Positions 56,223 to 64,000 of a stretch of 64,000 nt of DNA are shown here, in pieces. Both the position numbers and the translations under genes were made by a program. The notes under the pieces were generated by a model, which worked only from the letters and a program-made list of their open reading frames with translations, did no database searches and was not told where the DNA came from. The stretch's first letter is position 1. Each line of letters starts with the position of its first letter. Source of the DNA: Pseudozobellia thermophila (GTDB taxonomy: Bacteria > Bacteroidota > Bacteroidia > Flavobacteriales > Flavobacteriaceae); assembly GCF_900141855.1 (NCBI RefSeq), contig NZ_FQYU01000001.1, positions 95,402 through 159,401 of the forward strand, given 5' to 3'.

Positions 56223-59200
56223 ATGAAAAACAACTACCTGTACATAGTTTCACTCCTATGCTTCGCTGCCGTCGTGTTCGGCCAGTCGGCATACGCCCAT
56301 GGCAACCCCTGGGCACATACAAGCTATTCCCTCCTGACCAGCAATATCGGGTCAAAAAGCTTATCGACACCCATAACGGAAAAAGATTCGACCTCGGCAA
56401 GTCCAAAGGACAGTGTCAAACTCAAAAAGGCAGATGCCCGACAGTTGGCCCACTTACAACAATTGGCGGCCCTTCGCGGCTCGGTATTGACACCCGCCGC
56501 AACGGCTCCTACCCCCCCTAAAACAGAAGAAGCAGCCGTTGAGGAAGAAAAGGTGTTCCGTTCCTTCCCTTCTTTGGACCAACAGTTGGCCGAAAGCCAA
56601 GACTTTAACGTGTCCTTCGCCAATCGCGCACCTGAGTTCAACGAGGCCTACCTGGCCGAAAACTTCCAGCAAAACCCTGCCGTAGAAAAACTGATCAATA
56701 ATGCCAAAGGCGCCCTCGATGCCGTCAAGGAGCTGGGCAACTTTGTAGACATCATAACCGGCAAAGACCTATTGGAACTCCCGGTGGGGCTCAAAAAGAC
56801 CGACCAGACCTCGAACAACTCCGTAGAGCTCGCCATTACCGAGGTAAAGTTCACCCCCGGCTATGCCCTACTCAAGGTATGGGCCCGATTGATCATACCC
56901 GAAAAGGGCGAAGTTAAAAACGAAAAAGATCGTGGCATCGAACGCGAACTCTTTTTTGGGGCCGAAAACGTAAAACTATCTTACGATGGCGGCCTATCGG
57001 GCGATATGAAACTGGTGCTGTTGGGCAACCAGGCCATCCCCATACAAGGCGACAACTGGCTATTGACCCTAAAAGGGGGAATAGACCTCAAAAAAAACAC
57101 CTTTGGCGACCAATCGTATATCGAGTTCGATTGCTCCGACCTAAAAGGCATCAGCCTTGAGGGCGACCTGCGGGTGTCGCGAAACGTACTCCTGCCCATT
57201 GACGAGAACGGTAATTACGTCTGTTCCGACAAAGGGGATAACCAAAATATAAAAGACAATGAAAAAGCCATAGAAAACAATTGCTACGTCGGCACCTCGT
57301 TCAGCGTAAAGGCCGAAGGTTGGAACGACCTTTTGGTCAATGTCGACCTACCGCGTTTTGAGGTGGTGGGCCTCAAGGGATGGGGCTTCAACCTTACCAA
57401 CGTAGTACTTGATCTAAGCGATAGTAGAAACGCGCCCAAACTCGACCTTCCCGAGGAATACGACCAAATCTACCCCGGTGAGGACAAAAAACTATGGCGG
57501 GGCTTCTATGCCGAAGAAGTAAGCGTTATGCTGCCCGAGGGCATCAATAGCACCAAGAAATCGAACGGCAGGGTCGAATTCGGGGCCAAAAACTTGGTAT
57601 TGGACAGTCAGGGTGTCTCGGGCACCTTCTATGGGGAAAACGTTCTAAAAACCGGCGATGGCGCCGCTGGCAAATGGGCCTTTACCATAGACGAGGTAAG
57701 CATTTCCCTTTCCCGAAATTCATTGACCGACGGATCCATCGGCGGAGACATTGCCGTTCCCATCTTCGAAGAGCCCATGGACTACGAAGGATACATAGCC
57801 CAAAACGGATATGGTCTGGAAGTGGGACTCAACAGCAACTACAAAACCCCCGTGTTCTTGGGTGAAATGCAACTCGAACGCAACTCCAGCGTAGCCATTG
57901 ATGTAAAAGAGGGCCATGTTTACCCCTCGGCCAACCTAACAGGAAAACTCTCCGTTATCGGTGAAATAGGCCAAAAAGAGGGGGATGCATCGCCCAGCGC
58001 CGAAGAAGCCGAAGCGAGCGGAAAGGGGTTCAGCTTTCCCGGAATCGAGTTTCAAGAACTAAAATTGGAGACCGAGCCCGGTAAAAAAACCATAAGTGCC
58101 GAGAGTTTCGGTTTTACCGGCGAAATGAAGCTGATGAACTTTCCCGCCTCGGTCGAAAACCTCGAATTGGTCACCCCCAAGGATCAGGTCGGCCTTTCCT
58201 TTGACCTAAAGATCAACCTTGATGGCGAAGGATCCCATGCCACAACCAGCATGGACATTATGGGCAAGTTGGAAGACGGTGCCAAAATCCATAAATGGAA
58301 ATTTGAAAAAGTATCGGTCGATGGTATTGAGATCGATTACACCAAAGCCAATTTTCAAATTACCGGCGAACTGGATGTTATGGAAGACGACCCTGTCTAT
58401 GGCAACGGGTTTAAGGGGAATCTCACCGCCACTTTCAAAAAATTAAAGTTCAGCGCCGAAGGCAATGCCATTTTTGGGAATAAGGATTTCAGGTATTGGA
58501 CCGTGGACATCGCCACCAACTCCATACAAAACGAGGGCACAACGAAATTGCCCATTAAGGCTTTCGTCGGTGGTCTATCGTACAAAATGCAAAAGGTCAG
58601 CGGCAACAGTTCCGGCTTCGAACCGGGAACGGCCGTTTATAAACCCGATGCCAATACTGGGCTAGGGGTACGTGCCGGGGTAAAAATCACCACCGAAAAT
58701 GCCGACGCCTTCTCCTGTAAAGCCTATCTCGAAATGGAGTTCAATGCACATGGCGGACTCAACCGGATCGGATTTATGGGCGAAGGGGCCATCATGGGCA
58801 AGGACGAAACAAGTCCGGACGACCTAAAGAAATCGGCAGAGGTCGCCGAAAAAGTCGATCAATCGCTACAAGACAACTCTGCAGCTGCCCAAAATAAACA
58901 ATACGGAAACTTTATGGCCGCGGCCAAGGAATCGATTCCCGTACACGATGTAGCTGCTTCGGGCAAGGTCGGTGTGTACGTGGGTATTGAAAAAGATTTT
59001 GTCAACGACACCTTTGACGGCGAATTTGAACTCTATATGGATCTCGAGGCCATCAAAGGCGGAGGAGCCAATAATTTGGCCGGCTATGCCAAAATACACA
59101 CCGGCCCCACTGACTGGTATATGTATATCGGTACGCCCGACCAGCGAATAGACCTGTTGTTCAACTCCGGCGTTCAGGTAAGGGTCGGCGGCTACTTTAT

Positions 59201-61235
59201 GACCGGAACAAAATTACCGGCCCCAGGCGACATCAGCCCCCACCCAATAGTTACCAAAATTTTGGGCGATGATATATTGAGGGGCGAACGCAAGGACAAC
59301 CAACTTACTGCAGGAAAAGGCTTCGCCTTCGGTATGAATTTCGGCTACGGCTATGGCTTCGATTGGGGCCTATTCTACGCCATGGTAGAAATCGGTGCCG
59401 GTTTCGATGTCATGCATGCCTATTACCCCAATGCCAAATGTGTGGGCAGACCAGGACCCGTTGGCAACAACGGCTGGTATAGCATGGGCCAGGTATACGC
59501 CTATTTGTACGGAGAGTTCGGTGTTAAGGTAGACCTCGCCTTTATCAAAGGGAATTTTACGATTGCCGAGGCGGGCGTTGCTGCCGCGCTAAGAGGCCAA
59601 TTTCCAAACCCGGTCTATATTCAAGGGTATGTAGGTATGTATTACAAAATCTTGGGCGGACTTGTATCGGGAAGAATGAGGATGAAGGTAGAATTAGGGG
59701 AGGAATGCGAACTGGAGAATATTAACGACACCATTGGCGTTCCGATGATCTCCGATGTAACACCTAGGGATGGAGACGATGATGTTTCAGTATTTGCGGC
59801 TCCTCAAGCCGTTTTCAATTACGCCGCCAACTCGGACTTTACCGTTGATCTAGAAGAGGGGGTCAGGACCTTTAAGTTGCAGTTGAAAAACTTTACCGTC
59901 ACTTCCGAAGGCCAAGAAATACTAGGAAGTTTAGAGTGGAACGACACCAACGATGCCGTTACGTTCAAACCGGAACGCCCCTTACCTTCGGAAAAAGAGG
60001 TAAAAGTGGTGGTCGAGGTCAGTTTTGACGAAAAGATTGATGGCACCTATAAAACCATGACCGAGGAAGGCAAGCCTGTCTTGGAAAAACAGGAGATTGT
60101 CTTTGTTACCGATAAGGCGCCGGACCATATTGTATGGGAAAACGTGGCTTATTTGTACCCTGTGAAGGAGCAGCGAAATTTCTATCCAAAGGAATACAAG
60201 ACGGGTTATGTCAAAATGATCCAGCCCCAGGACAATCTCTTTAACAAAGGCTTTGAAATAAGGGCCGAGTTTGTATCCAGGGCTTCAGGGCAGGGTGTCC
60301 GAACCCCTGTTAGTTATGACAAAAACAAGGGCATGGTCTTTTTTGATATTCCTGATTTGATGCTTGATGCCGAATACGACCTGAACTTAATGGTCTTTCC
60401 TCCGGGTCAGGAAATTCCCACGGAAATCGTCGTCGAGGAAACCGAATTGTTGGCAGACGAAGAAGGAGGGGACACTACGTGGTACGACCCCGATACCGAA
60501 ACCCAAAGTACAAAAAACGTATCGGCCAGCGCAGTAGTGGCCAACAAAAAAGCATCAAGTGTTACCATTTCGAATGCCGCCCCAAAATCTATTTTTGATT
60601 ATCCCTTCAAAACAAGTAGACATGAGACATTTGGGGATAAAGTCAAGAATTTAGAGCCCACAAACTATCTCCTTAATGCATCCATATATGCCGATGTCCA
60701 TTCATTATCAATTCAGGTTACAGATTATGAATATCTTGATATACTAGAAGTAATTGGGAATTCTTACACTCAAACAAAACCTTTAGTTTATGCTGAAGCG
60801 GTCTTAAATGACAGTTATTATAAGAAGAAAATCGGGCCTTTGTTGTATGATGATGATATATATCCACTAGGCGGGAATATAGAATTAGATAGAGACACAA
60901 CAATCCTAGGGGTTCCCCCTATTAGATCTTTTGTTATCGGTGACGAGTATATGGCAAACCTAGCCTCGAACCCAAGCTCATTCTGGGTTAAAAATAGAAT
61001 ACCACATATCTATAATTTGCCTTACCAATACAAAGCCGATATGGTCAATTTGAGAGAGAAGTTTATAGAAATTTATTCCGAAGGAGAAGGTGATAAAGAA
61101 ACATACAACAACTTCAAGTATTTGATGACGAGTTTTCCTCCTTTACCCTTGGGGACTTATAATGCCAAATTAATTTATAGAACGCCTGGACAATTATATC
61201 AAAAAGGATATCCCATAAAATACAAAAATCAATAG
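56223..61235 (+). CDS. Giant secreted protein (1670 aa) with an Ig-like (Big/SbsA-type) segment and a low-GC C-terminal ~220 aa; unknown function
   Basis: Signal peptide MKNNYLYIVSLLCFAAVVFGQ; Ig-like block VTPRDGDDDVSVFAAPQAVFNY...VTFKPERPLPSEKEVKVVV; GC falls to about 35% from about 60580 to the stop. Confidence 0.8.
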   Translation: MKNNYLYIVSLLCFAAVVFGQSAYAHGNPWAHTSYSLLTSNIGSKSLSTPITEKDSTSASPKDSVKLKKADARQLAHLQQLAALRGSVLTPAATAPTPPKTEEAAVEEEKVFRSFPSLDQQLAESQDFNVSFANRAPEFNEAYLAENFQQNPAVEKLINNAKGALDAVKELGNFVDIITGKDLLELPVGLKKTDQTSNNSVELAITEVKFTPGYALLKVWARLIIPEKGEVKNEKDRGIERELFFGAENVKLSYDGGLSGDMKLVLLGNQAIPIQGDNWLLTLKGGIDLKKNTFGDQSYIEFDCSDLKGISLEGDLRVSRNVLLPIDENGNYVCSDKGDNQNIKDNEKAIENNCYVGTSFSVKAEGWNDLLVNVDLPRFEVVGLKGWGFNLTNVVLDLSDSRNAPKLDLPEEYDQIYPGEDKKLWRGFYAEEVSVMLPEGINSTKKSNGRVEFGAKNLVLDSQGVSGTFYGENVLKTGDGAAGKWAFTIDEVSISLSRNSLTDGSIGGDIAVPIFEEPMDYEGYIAQNGYGLEVGLNSNYKTPVFLGEMQLERNSSVAIDVKEGHVYPSANLTGKLSVIGEIGQKEGDASPSAEEAEASGKGFSFPGIEFQELKLETEPGKKTISAESFGFTGEMKLMNFPASVENLELVTPKDQVGLSFDLKINLDGEGSHATTSMDIMGKLEDGAKIHKWKFEKVSVDGIEIDYTKANFQITGELDVMEDDPVYGNGFKGNLTATFKKLKFSAEGNAIFGNKDFRYWTVDIATNSIQNEGTTKLPIKAFVGGLSYKMQKVSGNSSGFEPGTAVYKPDANTGLGVRAGVKITTENADAFSCKAYLEMEFNAHGGLNRIGFMGEGAIMGKDETSPDDLKKSAEVAEKVDQSLQDNSAAAQNKQYGNFMAAAKESIPVHDVAASGKVGVYVGIEKDFVNDTFDGEFELYMDLEAIKGGGANNLAGYAKIHTGPTDWYMYIGTPDQRIDLLFNSGVQVRVGGYFMTGTKLPAPGDISPHPIVTKILGDDILRGERKDNQLTAGKGFAFGMNFGYGYGFDWGLFYAMVEIGAGFDVMHAYYPNAKCVGRPGPVGNNGWYSMGQVYAYLYGEFGVKVDLAFIKGNFTIAEAGVAAALRGQFPNPVYIQGYVGMYYKILGGLVSGRMRMKVELGEECELENINDTIGVPMISDVTPRDGDDDVSVFAAPQAVFNYAANSDFTVDLEEGVRTFKLQLKNFTVTSEGQEILGSLEWNDTNDAVTFKPERPLPSEKEVKVVVEVSFDEKIDGTYKTMTEEGKPVLEKQEIVFVTDKAPDHIVWENVAYLYPVKEQRNFYPKEYKTGYVKMIQPQDNLFNKGFEIRAEFVSRASGQGVRTPVSYDKNKGMVFFDIPDLMLDAEYDLNLMVFPPGQEIPTEIVVEETELLADEEGGDTTWYDPDTETQSTKNVSASAVVANKKASSVTISNAAPKSIFDYPFKTSRHETFGDKVKNLEPTNYLLNASIYADVHSLSIQVTDYEYLDILEVIGNSYTQTKPLVYAEAVLNDSYYKKKIGPLLYDDDIYPLGGNIELDRDTTILGVPPIRSFVIGDEYMANLASNPSSFWVKNRIPHIYNLPYQYKADMVNLREKFIEIYSEGEGDKETYNNFKYLMTSFPPLPLGTYNAKLIYRTPGQLYQKGYPIKYKNQ

Positions 61236-61236
61236 T

Positions 61237-63300
61237 TTGAAAAGAATTTCTTTTATCATATACATGCTCATTAACCTTTGCTGGGGCCAAGACTCAACCT
61301 CGGTTCAACTTATTTCAAGGTCGCTTCCCGACAAGGTGATGCTCAGGTGGGCCGTAGACCAACCTTTGGGCTGGAAAATGGGCAACGAATACGGCTTTTA
61401 CGTAGAACGGTCTACCATTTCACGCAACGGGGAGGCCGTAGTTCCCATAGAACGAAAAATGCTCTTTCAAGAACCCCTAAAACCAAGACCTCTGGAGGAA
61501 TGGGAAACATTGGCCAACCAAGACCAGAACATAGCTGTCCTGGCCCAGGCCCTTTTTGGGGAAACTTTTGAAACCCTAGCTCCAAAAACCGGGGTTTTGG
61601 GAAAAATCAACGCCGTTAACGACGAATTGGAACAGCGCTTTACCTTTGCCCTTTTAGCTGCCGAACAAAGCTTTGAAGGAGCCAAACTAGCGGGTTGGGG
61701 GTTAGTGGATACCTCTGTGGTTCCCGGAGAAGCATACGTTTATAAAGTTACGGTGGCCCTGCCCGAAGATGCAAACATAAAAATCAAGGAAGCATCAACA
61801 TATGCAGGAACCCATCTTTACGAAAAATTGCCCCAACCTATTGGCTTGGCAGGTATTTTTAAAGACTCCCATGTGTTACTAAGCTGGAACTATAACCTCT
61901 TAAGCAGTATTTATACGAGTTATATCGTCGAAAAATCGGCCGACGGCCTCAACTTTGAAGAACAGAACCAACAACCGATTTTTAATGCATCACAACATGC
62001 AAATGACAATAACATTGCCCTTTATTACACCGATTCCATACCCAACGACAAGACCTTTTACTACCGCGTAAAAGGTAAAAACGCATTCGGCGAAATTGGG
62101 CCTGCCAGTCCTATAGTACAAGGGAAGGGCAAAAAATCATTGGAATATGTACCGAGAATTTATAGAAAAGAAATGCCCACCGACCATAAAGCCATTCTTT
62201 ATTGGGAATTTAAAGAAGAGGGAAGCGAACTGATTACCAAATTTCAACTAAACCGGTCAAACACCAATGACGGCCCTTTCAGAACGGTAATAGACAATAT
62301 TCCACCTACAAGCAGAAGCATCTCCTACGATAAATTGGACCGTATTAATTACTTCACGGTGTCGGCAGTGGATAAAAACGGAACCAAAAGTGAATCGCTT
62401 CCAGTCATGGTACAACCTGTAGATTCCGTACCTCCTGCAGCACCTAAAGGTTTGATTGGAACAATGGACACTACGGGCATCGTAAGGCTCTCTTGGGCCA
62501 AAAATCTGGAAGAGGACTTAAAAGGATATAGGATCTTTAGGTCTAACAATCCGAATACAGAATTCAGTGAAATCACAACAGAAACACACGACTCGGAAAA
62601 TTACAACGACTCACTATCCATTCGTAATCTGAACACCAAGGTGTACTACAAACTACAGGCAGAGGACCAAAGGTACAACAGGTCGGGATTCTCCCAAATG
62701 TTGGTGGTCAACAAACCCGATTTAATTCCTCCTTCACCCCCTGTACTTACAAAATACGGGATTTCAGAAGAAGGAATCCGAATCAGCTGGGTGCCAAGCA
62801 GTAGTCCGGATGTCTCATCCCATCAGGTCTTTAGAAAGATCATAGGCAAACAGACGGATTTATGGGAAAAGATCCATGAAACCGCAACAAAAAGCGACAC
62901 TACCTTTTTAGATTCCCGGGAATTGGAACAAAATCGGTATTCCTACATCGTAGTGGCAAAGGACTCTTCGGGACTGGAGAGTACTCCTTCGGCTCCTATT
63001 ACCGTTGCGTGGAGCGGTAAAACGATCAAGGACGACGATCTTAAATTTTCCGGTACGGCAAACAGGGAATTACGCTTTATACACCTTTCTTGGAAAATAA
63101 AAGACCAAGAGGTTCTGGAATATCGATTGTACAGAGGAACAACGGTAAACGACCTTAAACTATTTAAAACATTCAATAAAGATGTAACTAGTTATAACGA
63201 TATCGATTTGAAGATAAACTCCGAATATACGTATGGGTTACAATTCGTTTTGATATCTGGTGCTCTCTCCCCCGTCAAGAAATTGGAATTAAAATATTAA
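61237..63300 (+). CDS. Secreted protein with multiple fibronectin type III domains (687 aa)
   Basis: TTG start 2 nt after the previous stop, (M)KRISFIIYMLINLCWGQD; repeated FN3 signatures (LRWAV...YGFYVERS; LSWAKNLEEDLKGYRIFRS; ISWVPSSSPDVSSHQVFRK; YYRVKGKNAFGE). Confidence 0.75.
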   Translation: MKRISFIIYMLINLCWGQDSTSVQLISRSLPDKVMLRWAVDQPLGWKMGNEYGFYVERSTISRNGEAVVPIERKMLFQEPLKPRPLEEWETLANQDQNIAVLAQALFGETFETLAPKTGVLGKINAVNDELEQRFTFALLAAEQSFEGAKLAGWGLVDTSVVPGEAYVYKVTVALPEDANIKIKEASTYAGTHLYEKLPQPIGLAGIFKDSHVLLSWNYNLLSSIYTSYIVEKSADGLNFEEQNQQPIFNASQHANDNNIALYYTDSIPNDKTFYYRVKGKNAFGEIGPASPIVQGKGKKSLEYVPRIYRKEMPTDHKAILYWEFKEEGSELITKFQLNRSNTNDGPFRTVIDNIPPTSRSISYDKLDRINYFTVSAVDKNGTKSESLPVMVQPVDSVPPAAPKGLIGTMDTTGIVRLSWAKNLEEDLKGYRIFRSNNPNTEFSEITTETHDSENYNDSLSIRNLNTKVYYKLQAEDQRYNRSGFSQMLVVNKPDLIPPSPPVLTKYGISEEGIRISWVPSSSPDVSSHQVFRKIIGKQTDLWEKIHETATKSDTTFLDSRELEQNRYSYIVVAKDSSGLESTPSAPITVAWSGKTIKDDDLKFSGTANRELRFIHLSWKIKDQEVLEYRLYRGTTVNDLKLFKTFNKDVTSYNDIDLKINSEYTYGLQFVLISGALSPVKKLELKY

Positions 63301-63302
63301 GT

Positions 63303-64000
63303 ATGCCTAATTTAATAAAATATTTCATAATTGGATTCATTATGCTTACGACCAAGGCTTTATATGGTCAGTATAAATACTTGATAAGTTTTAAAGGTAA
63401 CATTACCTACGACGATTATGTTAGTCCTTCTATCAATTATTATTCTTATGATATCTATATAAATGGAAACAATAGAATTTATCGACTTGCGCCAGAGTCC
63501 AGTACAATCAGTTTAGAAGAAACCATTGTCTTTAGCTCCTCTACACCTATAAGCTCTATCAATATCAGGGTAACCATTAATAACAGTGCAGCCACACCTA
63601 ATGGAGCAGCTTCTTGTTCTTATCCAGCTAACCAGTATGATGTAGATTTAAATATTGATAGTTGTCTTTATTCTCCCATATTTAATTCAGGTTGCTTAAC
63701 CGTTAATTGGGATTATTATTCCTTTAGTGAAATTCCAAATTTTCAAAATTACAATTTTTACGACCCTATTAATAATTCACTCGGAATTTGCGAAAGACTA
63801 ACAATTCAAGCCACTCAAACAAATTGTCCAGCCATTTTTCCATATGCTCTTGAGGCAAGTATAAATGACCCGTTATTTTCAGATTCATTTGAGCTTGCTC
63901 CTTTTAGTACAAATCGATTTAGTTATTCAACTAATATAAATAATATTCCGGGTTTAAATCCTAGTGATTTATTGTATATAAGAGCAAGATATACATCCAA
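63303..64000 (+). CDS. Secreted hypothetical protein, 5' part (runs off the window end); very low GC
   Basis: ATG 3 nt after the previous stop; MPNLIKYFIIGFIMLTTKALYGQ signal peptide; open frame to the window end by hand translation; Asn/Ser/Tyr-rich. Confidence 0.5.
   Translation, partial: MPNLIKYFIIGFIMLTTKALYGQYKYLISFKGNITYDDYVSPSINYYSYDIYINGNNRIYRLAPESSTISLEETIVFSSSTPISSINIRVTINNSAATPNGAASCSYPANQYDVDLNIDSCLYSPIFNSGCLTVNWDYYSFSEIPNFQNYNFYDPINNSLGICERLTIQATQTNCPAIFPYALEASINDPLFSDSFELAPFSTNRFSYSTNINNIPGLNPSDLLYIRARYTS

Overview
This window reads as a Flavobacteriia-type (Bacteroidota) chromosomal segment: signal-peptide-rich proteins, a GldD/GldE gliding pair, and about 45-50% GC in the core. 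Roughly the first 42 kb is housekeeping backbone. It carries a TonB receptor fragment, a hybrid histidine kinase convergent with a sigma-54 NtrC-type regulator, and three tandem PepSY-like secreted paralogs. It also carries a pnuC/NRK/DUF4301 operon, a PPTase, ahcY, rpmA-rplU and an M16 peptidase pair. Further along are mutY-ssb-gldE-gldD, HU, RNase G, recX and a scattered biotin locus (bioF, bioD, bioA, bioB) with a KAS and a flotillin/NfeD pair. A low-GC AbiH-like abortive-infection gene sits between bioB and the flotillin operon. From about 42.3 kb the character changes. A roughly 5.7 kb AT-rich island of small, signal-peptide-less hypothetical genes is punctuated by IS200/IS605 (Y1/RAYT-type) transposase pseudogenes and REP-like hairpins. 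It is bracketed by a diverged ~210 bp direct repeat that duplicates the promoter and 5' end of an outer-membrane protein gene. Downstream lies the most unusual part of the window. An 819-aa beta-barrel-like OMP with a C-terminal helical domain is followed by a 245-bp heptanucleotide repeat tract. Then come two ~1700-aa secreted multidomain proteins, one with FN3 domains and an HEIGH zinc-peptidase motif, whose 3' ends switch abruptly to low GC. An FN3-rich 687-aa protein and a further low-GC secreted gene follow. This OMP plus mosaic giant-protein cluster next to an immunity-like gene array is the best candidate here for an undescribed secretion/surface or contact-antagonism system. All functional calls rest on motifs and synteny read from the sequence; no database search was run.
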